A stretch of DNA of 64,000 nt. Source: Octopus vulgaris (lineage: Eukaryota). Within the stretch, counting starts at the first letter, position 1, and each line of letters opens with the position of its first letter. The position numbers and the translations under genes are program-made. Below are positions 53,511 to 64,000 of this stretch, in pieces. The stretch is taken from positions 41,602,001 to 41,666,000 of the forward strand of contig OX597815.1 of NCBI GenBank assembly GCA_951406725.2, in the 5' to 3' direction. The notes under the pieces are model-generated. The model saw only the letters and a program-made list of their open reading frames with translations, ran no database searches and was not told the origin of the DNA.

Positions 53511-54299
53511 AATATTTTTAAAATATTGATACACCCACTTTTTGAGCTCAATCCGTTAGAAATAGTAGCCAAACGTTCAATTTTTTTGTTTTTATCACTT
53601 GATCAGGAAGGATGGGAAATACCTATGACCATTACTAGGGCTTCTGAGACTAGTGAGAGTGAGGAAGGGAGAAAGTCATCCTCAAGCTGAAGAGTTGGTT
53701 CAAATAATTTCAATAGAATGGACTAAAGGCACCCAAAGACCAGGTGGTAGTGTTAAAACAACAAATTAACTCTATCAACAAAATAGGCCCCAGAAAAGAT
53801 TTGAACTCAAAATGCAAAGACCTGGAACAATAATTAATAATTTTCTCTCAGCAACTAAATACACGTTAAACTCTTCTACTACCCTACATATTTCATATTT
53901 TAACAAACAAAACTTGAAGCTACATTCTGGTTCTATATCTGGACTAATTAGTTGGAGATCATCATTTAATTCTATTAGTAACTGGATATGTCAATTAAAA
54001 TATTTGTATTCATCACTGTAGATTATTGATTACACTTTTGGTAAAAACAAAAGCCAAAAAAAAAAAAAAGCAAGCCAAATCTGAATTATATTGTTTCATT
54101 GCTATACACTTTATTGAGATCAAGTGTATAGTAGATCTCACTGATTTAGATTATTTCAGCAATTTAAACTTCTAGTACAAAAATACTTCAGTCCTGCATC
54201 TTTATTTTTTAAGTTTGATTTTGATTCAACTGTGTGGCACCTTAGACATGTATTATATCTCCTGCTATACTTTTGGCTTAGAGTGAAATTATATGAAAG

Positions 54300-54742
54300 C
54301 GCAGGCACAGCTGTGTGGTAAGCAAGCTTGTGTTGCGACCACGTGGTTCCAGGTTCAGTCCCACTGCATAGAACCTTGGCCAAGTGTCTTCTACTATAGC
54401 TCTGAGCCTACTAATGCTGTGTGAAGGAATTTTGTTGACAGAAACTGTGTAGAAGTCCATCATGTGTGTGTGCTGTTCTCCCGTACCACTTGATAACCAG
54501 TGTTGATTTGTTTATGTCCCAGTAATGTAACAGTTCAGCAGAAGAACCCAATAGTATAAGTATCAGACTTAAATAATTACTGGGGGTTGATTTGTTCAAT
54601 TAAGCCCTTGAAGGCAATACCCCAGTATGGCTGCAATCCAATGAAATAAGTAAAAAAATAAAAAAGTACTGAGGTTGATTCATTCAACTAGATAGAAATC
54701 CTTCAAGGTGGTATCCCAGTATGGCTGCAGTCTAATGACTGA
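54300..54742 (+). mobile_element. SINE family A with duplicated 3' tail
   Basis: The tail module (TACTG.GGTTGATT...CCCAGTATGGCTGCA) occurs twice. Confidence 0.78.
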
Positions 54743-55500
54743 AACAAGTAAAAGATAAAAGATACTTCGGTCAATTAAATCAACTTGAACCCCCTCCTCC
54801 CCAAAAATGTATAGGCTTGAGCCTATGTTAGGAATCATTAATATGGTTGTTGTTTACTATGATACATGCTCATAAGGAATATCTCCTATATAAATTGTAT
54901 TGAGGCCAGGCCTATTTATAGGTTAATAGTAATGGTACAGAAGTATGATCAAAGAAGTATGATTCCAGCTGTGACCATCCCATCTTTTTCACATATCTGG
55001 GACACTACATTGTGCAATCTATCCTTATTTATTTAAGATGATAGGGCGTGATTTCAGGGAAATTAGGATTCGGTAGTTGTGGAATGAGAAACTATTTAGC
55101 GGCACCCTGAGACAAGTGGGTGCCTGTTATCCAAATTTAAATGATTGCAATCAGATCTAATTTACTTATTACTCTTACTGCTACAACCCCTATAAACACG
55201 AAATATCCCAAATTCTTACACAAAACTATCTCTATGTTGTTAGAAGTACAAGTCTGAGTTTGGCAAGTTCATACAAAAGAATTATTTATTGCATAGGAAA
55301 GTGATAATAATAAACTTCAGTGTATGTGATTTCAACATACACAAGACCATAGTATGGTCATTGAGAAAAACTTACTTATAGCATATAATTCTATATAATC
55401 TCTGAAGATAGGCTATGTAGCCATTGTGTCTGAAAATTTGTTTTAATTTCTAAATTCTTTGGCTATTTTAGTGAGTACAAGATTAACTCTTTTCTTTAAT

Positions 55501-55910
55501 ACTCTTTACTCTTTTACTTGTTTCAGTCATTTGACTGTGACCATGCTGGAGCACCACCTTTAGTCGAGCAAATCGAACCCAGGACTTATTGTTTGTAAGC
55601 CTAGTACTTATTCTATCGGTCTCTTTTGCCGAACCGCTAAGTTATGGAGACGTAAACACACCAGCATTGGTTGTCAAGCGATATTGGGGGGACAAACACG
55701 GACACAAACATACACACACACACACACAGACACACACACATACACATATATATATATATACGACGGGCTTCTTTCGGTTTCCGTCTACCAAATCCACTCA
55801 CAAGGCTTTGGTCGGCCCAAGGCTATAGTGGAAGACACTTGCCCAAGGTGCCACGCAGTGGGACTGAACCCAGAACCATGTGGTTGGTAAGCAAGCCACT
55901 CCTACACCTA
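55501..55910 (-). mobile_element. SINE family A, full length, young
   Basis: Near-consensus reverse copy. Confidence 0.92.
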
Positions 55911-56589
55911 TCATATGCAATATCTAAAACCAAAATTTAAATCTAAACTAAAAATAATGAGTTAAGGGAAATAACTCAAATGGAACAATGGGAGGAATTT
56001 AAAAGATTAAGTTAAAGTGTGCTGTACTGAATGTCATAGACAAATAATTCTTAATTGAACTTGCCTTTTAAGTTGAATATGCATGGCTTAATGACTAGGG
56101 TATTCGGCTCACGAATGTAAAATTGTGAGTTAGATTATCGGTGGCGCATTGCTCCAGTCCATTCAGCTGGCAAAAATGAGTTGTAATTGTTGCTCAGCAG
56201 GCCAGTCTTGTCACCTTTGGTATGTCATGATGAATCTCTCTGAGAACTACATAAAGAGTATGTGCACCTGTGGAGTGCTCAGCTTCTTGCACATTAATTT
56301 AACAAGTAGGCTGTTCCATTGATCAGATCAGTTGCAATTTTCATTGTCAGGCCTTTTAGTTGAAGGAAAAAAAAAATCTTGATTTTGTTTGACACATTCA
56401 AAGAAAAAAGGGCGATAATTTAATCAAATTAAAAATTAATCTCTTAGTTTTTATTTGCTTAATTAGCCCTTCTCTCCAGAGCCAGAAGATATTTAATTAT
56501 CGATACTGTACAAAGCTCAAGTAAGGCCCATAGTGAGATCATTCTCTCACATCTGTATCAGTGCTGCTGCATGCACATACATCCTAGAC

Positions 56590-56817
56590 TAGGAATTCTC
56601 AGTCGGGGTCCATATAAGATTTTCTTGTTAAAATTTATGTGCAATAAAATGCTTATACTTCAACAATACACAAAATATTTTTATTTTTTTAATAATATTT
56701 GATTATAAAAATACAGTAAGATGTTTTTTTTATACACATCAAATGGCTATGGAGGTCCAGTAGAGTAAAACAGGAATCAAAGAGGGTCCCTAAGTAAAAA
56801 ATGGTTGAGAACCACTT
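56590..56817. mobile_element. hAT MITE (sibling of 33138-33699)
   Basis: Shared body and GGTTGAGAACCACT end. Confidence 0.8.
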
Positions 56818-56961
56818 TCTACTGCTACTATGACGGCCTCTACTTCTCAGAAGTGGCTGAGCTCATATCATTTCCACTAAGGCATTTACACCCAACTCAT
56901 ATCCCTTTATCATCATCATCATCATCCTTGTATCTATCCCTACCTAGTCCAAGTCCTCCAC

Positions 56962-57119
56962 CAGGCATAGGCAAACTTTTACAAGAAGTGGGCCACCTGA
57001 GCCATGGCTCATCATAACATGTGAAGGGAAAGAGGAACACCATTAAAAAAAATTCAAGCTAATTTTTCATTAGGTATGCCATTCAAGAAGTCCTGCAGGT
57101 CACATTTTGCCCATGACAG
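56962..57119. mobile_element. hAT MITE (sibling of 27206-27352)
   Basis: CAGGCATAGGCAAA ... TTTGCCCATGACAG termini. Confidence 0.8.
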
Positions 57120-58000
57120 CCCCACACTAAACATTACACCAAGACCTTCCTTCTCAGAATATAGGTCTCTGGAATTCCATCACTGTTCATGTCTTTCCTC
57201 CAAGTGTTGACTTGCAAAGGATTAAGGAAAACATCAACCGTATCAATCTCATCAGTCTTGGTTGGCTGGCAAAAGCCATGGGCACTACTCCTTTCTCTAG
57301 AGTCAGCAAGTAAAAGATTAAAGAAAAAAATTAGAAGTCTGATCATTATTTGCAAGCAAGCAAGAGACAACTATGGACATGTTTCAGTCTATTAGACCTC
57401 ACCAGCATAGTGTCTAAGCCTGTCAATGAGTTGGCAAGAAAATTTTTTTTTTGTTACATATAAAACTGAAAGCGTTGCTTATGCATTATTTCATGTAGTA
57501 GCACAATAACAGGCTCAACACTACTAGCTCTGAAGTCTTATCTTGCTGCTGCTGCTGTTATTGTATAAAAGAACTAGTATTATTTTTGGTAGGTAACAAA
57601 ATATTACTATTTTTAGGGCTTGCAAATAAATATAATGGAATCATTATAAGGACATGCATTTCAAGAATTATTGCACTATGGCACCTTATGGAATAAGGTT
57701 TTGTAATTTTCTAATTTTCCTCTAACAGGACAGTCTTTTAAGATTAATCATATTATCATGGTATGCAGAGAACTTTGTTAATATGCAACTTATTGGAGCT
57801 ATTAACAAATTACATTGTTACTGGAGTCTTTTCAAAATGGCAGTTGCTGTTGGCTACTTCATAGACAAGATACTATACATAGAACTGAAGTTACACTAAC
57901 TAACTAACAAGTGTGAGCTCTGAGGCCATTTTGTATGTGTATGTGTGGTTAGTAGTAATGCTAACAGAGAAATAGAACTCAAAACATGAATTTATATTTT

Positions 58001-58116
58001 TATATTAGTAACCAGCAGAAGTTAGAGTGACTCAAGGGCTGAGAGTTATATGCATTGGTAACTACCAATGAATGAAACTCTTGGCCCTTGAGTCATTCTG
58101 TAACTTCTGCCAATTA

Positions 58117-58124
<8 letters not shown>
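58001..58124. repeat. Palindrome with about 60-bp arms and 2-nt loop
   Basis: GCAGAAGTTA..GACTCAAGGGC..CATTGGTA-ac-TACCAATG..GCCCTTGAGTC..TAACTTCTGC. Confidence 0.85.
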
Positions 58125-58154
<30 letters not shown>

Positions 58155-58155
<1 letters not shown>

Positions 58156-58300
58156 CGGGAAGGTTTACGAATATAAACAAAAGACGAAGGCAGGTGGAGT
58201 ACAAACAAACAAATGTATTAGTATAGCGCTCAGGAATAGAAATAGAAAAAGTCTTTTATGTTTCGAGCCTACGCTCTTTGACAGAAAGATACACAGAAAA
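58155..58300 (-). mobile_element. Short HHR-like element (sibling of 48461-48642)
   Basis: Reverse-complement homology; abuts (TA)n. Confidence 0.75.
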
Positions 58301-58435
58301 CCATTAGGGGTAGATGCTGCTGTAGCTTGTAGCCCCAGGAGAACATCTTTTCCAGCTGGCTATTGACACACTTTCTGTGCCCTATCAGTATTTGCAAAGG
58401 TAAGCCATCCTTCCCATTGTCGAACTGACGTGATA

Positions 58436-58480
58436 CATACGGACCCAGGTTTCTGGTTATTTACCCATCGTCAGCACACA
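58436..58480 (-). ncRNA. Minimal type I hammerhead ribozyme motif
   Basis: Minus strand TGTGTG-CTGACGA-TGG(gtaaataa)CCA-GAAAC-ctgg-GTC-CGTATG: complete core with GUC triplet; stem I is wobble-rich. Confidence 0.78.
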
Positions 58481-58516
58481 ACAATCACCGGTCTTCGATG
58501 CGAAGGGGTCCCAATG

Positions 58517-58555
<39 letters not shown>

Positions 58556-58984
58556 TTTTAAGAAACGTGTAGTCAATAAATATACGAACATATACTAAAT
58601 ACACAGATGAACAGAAAACACAGGTCAACAACTCCACTTTAGTTATTGGCCAGAGGGTCAAGCGCAATTTCAGCCATTATTGATAATATTGCTTCCAAGG
58701 TAAAAAAAACAAAACAAATGCACAACCAAATGCAAAACAGACAGAGAAGATCACTGGCTCTTCACCAGTAATCAGTCAGAGGGTCAAACACAATTTCACG
58801 CCTTTAAAAGACATGAAATTGTGTTTGACCCACCGGCCAATAACTGATGAGGAGTTTGTGACCTGCGTCTGTTTTCCATTTGGTTGTGCATTGATTATGT
58901 TTTTTACCTTATTAATTAATGGAGCACTACGCTACTTTATTCACAGTAAGTGATTTTAAGTGATTTTTTATAAGTATGTATTTA

Positions 58985-59085
58985 TATATTTTATATATAT
59001 ATATGTATGTATATATATATTTTATGCATATATATATACATATATATATATACATGCATATATATATACATGCATATATATATAC

Positions 59086-59122
<37 letters not shown>

Positions 59123-59582
59123 CATGCATATATATATACATATATATATATACATGCATACATATATATATATATATATATATACATGCATATATATATA
59201 CATATATATATATACATGCATACATATATATACATATATATATATATAATACATACATATATATACATATATATATATTCATATATACTTATACCTATAT
59301 ATATATTCATATATACTTATACCTATATATATATTCATATATACTTATACCTATATATATATTCATATATACTTATACCTATATATATATTCATATATAT
59401 ATATACATGCATATATATATACGTATATATACATACATATATATATACATATGTATATACATGTATGTATATATATATATACATATGTATATACATGTAT
59501 GTATATGCAAATATATATATTCATATATACTTATACATATATATATATATGTACATATATAAATACACACATATATATACAC

Positions 59583-59626
<44 letters not shown>

Positions 59627-59652
59627 CATACATACATATAGATACATACACG

Positions 59653-59708
<56 letters not shown>

Positions 59709-59730
59709 TGTGTATGTGTGTGTGTGTATA
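58985..59730. repeat. Complex (TA)n minisatellite with ATACATGC and TTCATATATACTTATACCT units
   Basis: Directly visible. Confidence 0.92.
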
Positions 59731-60698
59731 CACACTCGTGTATGTGAAGATGCTGTGTGTGTATACATCGGCTGAGACCTAAATTCCTAATTTTAAGTAA
59801 CTCAGAATAGAAGATGGTGGGGGTAAACTTGAATAGTGGTGGAGGGGGAGACTGTTCTGGGGATTATGACTCTGACAAAGTAGGTGAGAAAGGTCCATAA
59901 CAAGTGGTGGGACCTTGTACTGATAAGACCCATCTATCATATACAAGCATGGGAAAGAAAACGGATGTAAAAATGATGATGATTATTCTCGCCAATATTT
60001 AAACATGACCTTTCCTTCTTGAGATTGCTGTGGTGTGTATCTACCCAAGCAATCAGTGTCTTTCATATCTTACCTACCTCACTCCTTCACCAGACTATCA
60101 CAATATCCAACAATTAATGCTTTTTGCTCCCATGAGGTCTTAAATTTCTGCTGAACTCTTTCCAACTTCCAATCTCTTATTACAGCACCAATGGACCATT
60201 TTCCTGTCTTTTCCCCGAGGTCATAATCTCTCATGCTTTTAAATAAATAAAGGGACATAGCCTGCCATTTTCTGCAAATGCCTCACTGACTTCAGTCAAA
60301 GCATTAGCAATGAAAGGAACCTGAACTACTTCCTTACAAGATTGACCTAAGGGGCAAATCACTGTCTTGAACTTTATACTCACTATGAAGATCTCAATAT
60401 TAAAAATAAATAAGGAAAGGACCCTTTTTTTTTTTTTTTTGATGTGAGAAATAATTGCTCTTGTTTTCATTGACAACTTCCATGACACTTCTGTACAAAA
60501 AAAATGAATAAGACAACAAGGAAAAATTCTCTACTGTATTCTAGTAACCATCCATCCATGAGGTCTGACATGCTTAAAATGGAAGAACCATATCTTAACC
60601 AAATTTCCCTCATGAACCTACTCATTTATCAACTAAAAGTGTGTGTGTGTGTGTGTGTGTGGAAAATGAGATGTTAAAGGAACAAATGAATATCCTAT

Positions 60699-60782
60699 GA
60701 ACTTATAGCTGTTTCTACTATAAAATGCAGTGGACTCATAGTCGAGTGCCTGACTAACACCTTATAGCATCATCAGGACCTC
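60699..60782 (-). ncRNA. Degenerate hammerhead motif with long stem II
   Basis: CTGATGA-TGCTATAAGGTG...CATTTTATAGTA-GAAAC-AGCT-ATA: 12-bp stem II and palindromic AGCT loop; stem I is decayed. Confidence 0.6.
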
Positions 60783-60948
60783 AAATATACACGCACACAC
60801 ACACACACACTCTTTTACTTGTTTCAGTCATTTGACTATGGCCATGCTTTTTGGCCATTTTTCTCTATAATCAAAGATCATACAATAAATCTCAGTTGTG
60901 AATGACTGATGAATTTGATTTTTTTTTTTTACAATCTAATCGTAATAT

Positions 60949-61301
60949 TGTGATTGTGATTGTTTGTGACCCCCTTCGGTCAGACACTGACCATGGGCTT
61001 GCACCTAGAGAGTTACCCTGAGGCACAAGTCTGGGCAAGGTTGTTTTATGGAAGACCAGCAGTCGCCCATGCATACCGGCCTCCCCTCTCCACATCACCA
61101 GTGTTATCCAAGGGAAAGGCAAGGGCCGATACAGCTTGGCACCTGTGACGTCGCAACTCATTTCTACAGCCGAGTGAACTGGAGCAACGTGAAATAAAGC
61201 GTCTTGCTCAAGAACATAACACGCAGCCCGGTCCGGGATTCGAGCTCACAACCTCACGATCGTAAGCCCGACGCTCTAACCACTGAGCCACACGCCTTCA
61301 C
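60949..61301 (-). mobile_element. Young tRNA-derived SINE family D (V-domain-like core)
   Basis: 11-bp TSD AATCGTAATAT (60938-60948 / 61302-61312); head GGCTCAGTGGTTAGAGCG...GCTCGAATCCCGG, core TTCTTGAGCAAGAC, (ACAATC)n tail, many CpGs. Confidence 0.92.
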
Positions 61302-62323
61302 AATCGTAATATAGAGGTGTGAAAATCCAAGGTTTGAGATGGAAACAACACAACTTTAGAATTTCCACATCAGCAATGAGTAAGGGGACTAACTCTGACC
61401 TAATAAAATGACCAGGTGTGCATGTGTGTGTTTTTATTTACAGAGGTAGGGAAAGTAGAATAGGTAAATGTTAATGGTTGCAATCTCTTAGTTTTTTAGT
61501 GAAGAACTTTCATCTGCTTCTGGTGTTTTCTCCTTGAACAAGGTACATAGCTGTATTAGAGATCTTGTAGGTCACAACATAGACAGAGTATCAATAACAG
61601 CAGGAAAAGAGAGATTAATAAGTATGAAGGTGGTAATGAAAATATTTTGATATACATTGAAGTCATCAACATTATCTTGAAGAAGAAGAACTGAGAAATG
61701 TTCTCATCTTGTGTGCTATCAATTTGTATCTTGTTCCAAAAAAAAAAAAAAAAAACTCTTTATCTTGCAATAAGAAATCATGGCTAATTAAGATAGTAAT
61801 GTCAACAAATGATATCTTTTTTTCAGTTCAGTTTAATAAGAGAAGAAAAAAATGCTAGGAATTATCTTATTACCTTTTAATATTTTTCTTCTGTTACAGA
61901 CTTTAAAAAATGGTGACTAAAATCTACTCATAAAAAAATGGGATTTAGGAATTGTATTTTTTCTATTCTTTTTTTCAACAATTTAAGCAATTGTCAAACA
62001 TCAGTGAATTTGGAACGTAGCGGGAAATGTCTCCACCCAACTTACTTGTGCTTTATTGACCCTTATAGGATACAAAGTAAAAGTGCACCTTCCCTGCTCC
62101 AAATCTATATTTATCAAACTTAATCTATTTTTATCATTTATTGCTACTACTGATAAGCAATGGTTCATTCATATTTCTGTACTCTCTTAACCAGTCACTA
62201 AACTCAGTACTTTTTCCTGACTCCAAGATTAGAATTTCAACATTTTTTTCTTCTTTTACTGCTGTATAATTCAAACATTGGTTTATTTGTCGTTTATTTT
62301 CTCTCAAAGCTTAACAGATTTAA

Positions 62324-62579
62324 CCCTTTCATAACCTTTTTTTATGGTTTTTACCACAATGCTTTTGTGTTTTAATTAATTTGAAAATAATCAATAATTT
62401 GGAGGCACTTAGTAAAATTTTTTTATTATTATTATTATTAAGCATGTGTTTGGAATATATTTCAACAGAAGACTCTTACATACAATTATTGTGGAAGGTT
62501 TTAATTTAAATACACTTTAAAATACATAGTTTTTGTATCCTAGAACTAAGAATAATCTTAGGTGGATTGTTATCAAGTG
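62324..62579. mobile_element. piggyBac-like MITE, second family, degenerate
   Basis: TTAA|CCCTTTCATAAC ... GTTATCAAGTG|TTAA; related to the interrupted copy at about 63085-63828. Confidence 0.6.
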
Positions 62580-63528
62580 TTAAAGAGATTTCAAAAACAC
62601 TCGGTGAACCTTTACTAATGACTAACAATTTGTGCTGAAATCTTTCTTTAAGAGCAACTTTGTCTTTTACTTTGAAGAACCTATTTCTTACAGCTGCTAT
62701 AGTGAAATTGAACTTGTTTTAACCTCAATTTGTTCTCTCTGTCTCTCTCTCTATCTATCAATCAATCTATCTCTTTTTCTTTTTTTTTTTTTTTCAAGTA
62801 AGCTATTGTTCTAATTGGAGTAGGGTTAGTTTTAAGGGCCAGTAAATATTCTTTGGGCTGAATTTTGCATAGCAGACTTATTCTATTAGTTTAGTTTTAA
62901 ATCAATGATGCTTTTTAAACTACATTTTCCTAAAAAGTTTGATATTTGATTGTGGTGTTGAGTTTTTGGCAACTATCTTGAACAGAGCTGTCTCTCTCAT
63001 CTAGTTATTCAACAATGGGAGATTAACTGTACATTGAAAAGTCTGTATGTTGAACAGACCTGTGAGATTACCTATTAGAAATTATTAACCTTTTCATGAT
63101 CATATTTCTAATAATGTTAAATGCCTGTGTGTTTCAGTTAATTTTAAAAATAATAATGGACAAATTTAATTATTTTACTGATTCATTCCAAATTCTTAAT
63201 TAAGCTGGTGTTTGGAGCAGTAAAGGCTCAAGGCCTTGTGAAGAGGCTATCAAATTCACAATCATAAATTTGTAGGTTCATTTCCCAGATCAGGGAGCAT
63301 GTTGTACTCCTTGAGCAAGGCACTTCATTTCACATTACTCAACTTCACTCAACTGAAAGTGACCACCAGCAGCTGTGAGGGGTTGCTCTTGTGCCAGTTG
63401 TAAGATTGTGGGTTTAATTTCTGGACTGGACAGTACATTGTGTCCTCGAGCAAGGCATTTCATCTTACATTGCTCCAGTCTATTTGGCTGAAAATGAGCT
63501 ACAGCTACTGCTCATTTTTAGCCAAATA

Positions 63529-63755
63529 AATCCCACCCCCAGCTTGGGGGTAAAGTCTCGAATGTAATTTCTTCCTGGTAGGAATTGATTGGGTTGAATT
63601 ATCGATAGCTGTTTGATAGTTATTTGGGAGTGAAGAGAAGACATTGCAACCTACACATGCGCCTTCGTTCCCTAGAGGGAAAGGACTAGATTGGGATTAG
63701 TCATTGCCAACTAGGGGCTCTTACATACCCGGGCAACGCCGGGCTATGCTGCTAG
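63529..63755 (+). mobile_element. Helitron 3' fragment
   Basis: Ends in CCCGGGCAACGCCGGG hairpin and CTATGCTGCTAG|T. Confidence 0.8.
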
Positions 63756-64000
63756 TAAAATTATAATGGAAGGTTTTAATTTCAATATGATATCCAATAT
63801 CAACTAGGCCAGTGTTGAAGGGATTAATTATATGCTGACTGCATTATATTATCCAATAAGGAAGCCTTTATGTGATCACTTGACCTGTTAGAAATAACCA
63901 CTATTTTTCCCTCTAATTATACAGCCTGACATTTTTAAACAGTGGTGAATACATTGGATAATGTGTCTGGGAAACACTATTTCAGAGTGGGGAAAAAAAG

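Larger units (their letters stand above)
56464..57300 (+). pseudogene. Old CR1/Jockey-like LINE RT C-terminal remnant split by two hAT MITEs
   Basis: LALLSRARRY/ILYKAQVRPIV..SHI | FYCYYDGLYFSEVAELISFPLRHLHPT | HTKHYTKTF / GLWNSITVHVFPPSVDLQRIKENINRINL. Confidence 0.8.

Noticed and set aside
57134-57370. Minus-strand 78-aa ORF as a host exon
   Set aside because: The opposite strand encodes recognisable LINE RT C-terminal motifs.
61225-61301. tRNA gene
   Set aside because: It is the head of a TSD-flanked SINE, with no proper acceptor stem or terminator.

Overview
AT-rich, repeat-dense eukaryotic DNA. The SINE families, microsatellite load and 5S-like sequence resemble an octopus/coleoid cephalopod genome (inference from recognition, no search run). 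I found no convincing host protein-coding exon, so the window is probably intronic or intergenic; most ORFs in the track are microsatellite or SINE translations. Protein-like remnants all come from transposons: a young 5'-truncated CR1-like LINE RT end (51454-52077), an older CR1/Jockey-like LINE split by two hAT MITEs (56464-57300), a decayed Penelope-like GIY-YIG endonuclease (47750-48127) and a mariner transposase C-terminus in a TIR-flanked deletion derivative (38482-38755). Also present are several tRNA-derived SINE families, hAT, piggyBac-like and Helitron non-autonomous elements, and a 5S rRNA pseudogene (27869-27988). The most interesting layer is non-coding: about eight minimal type I hammerhead-ribozyme (HHR) motifs, intact or decayed, carried by short non-autonomous elements, many next to (TA)n tracts and long foldback palindromes. 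One has a tRNA-derived head fused to an HHR and abuts a perfect 120-bp copy of a local SINE-SINE junction 3.1 kb away.
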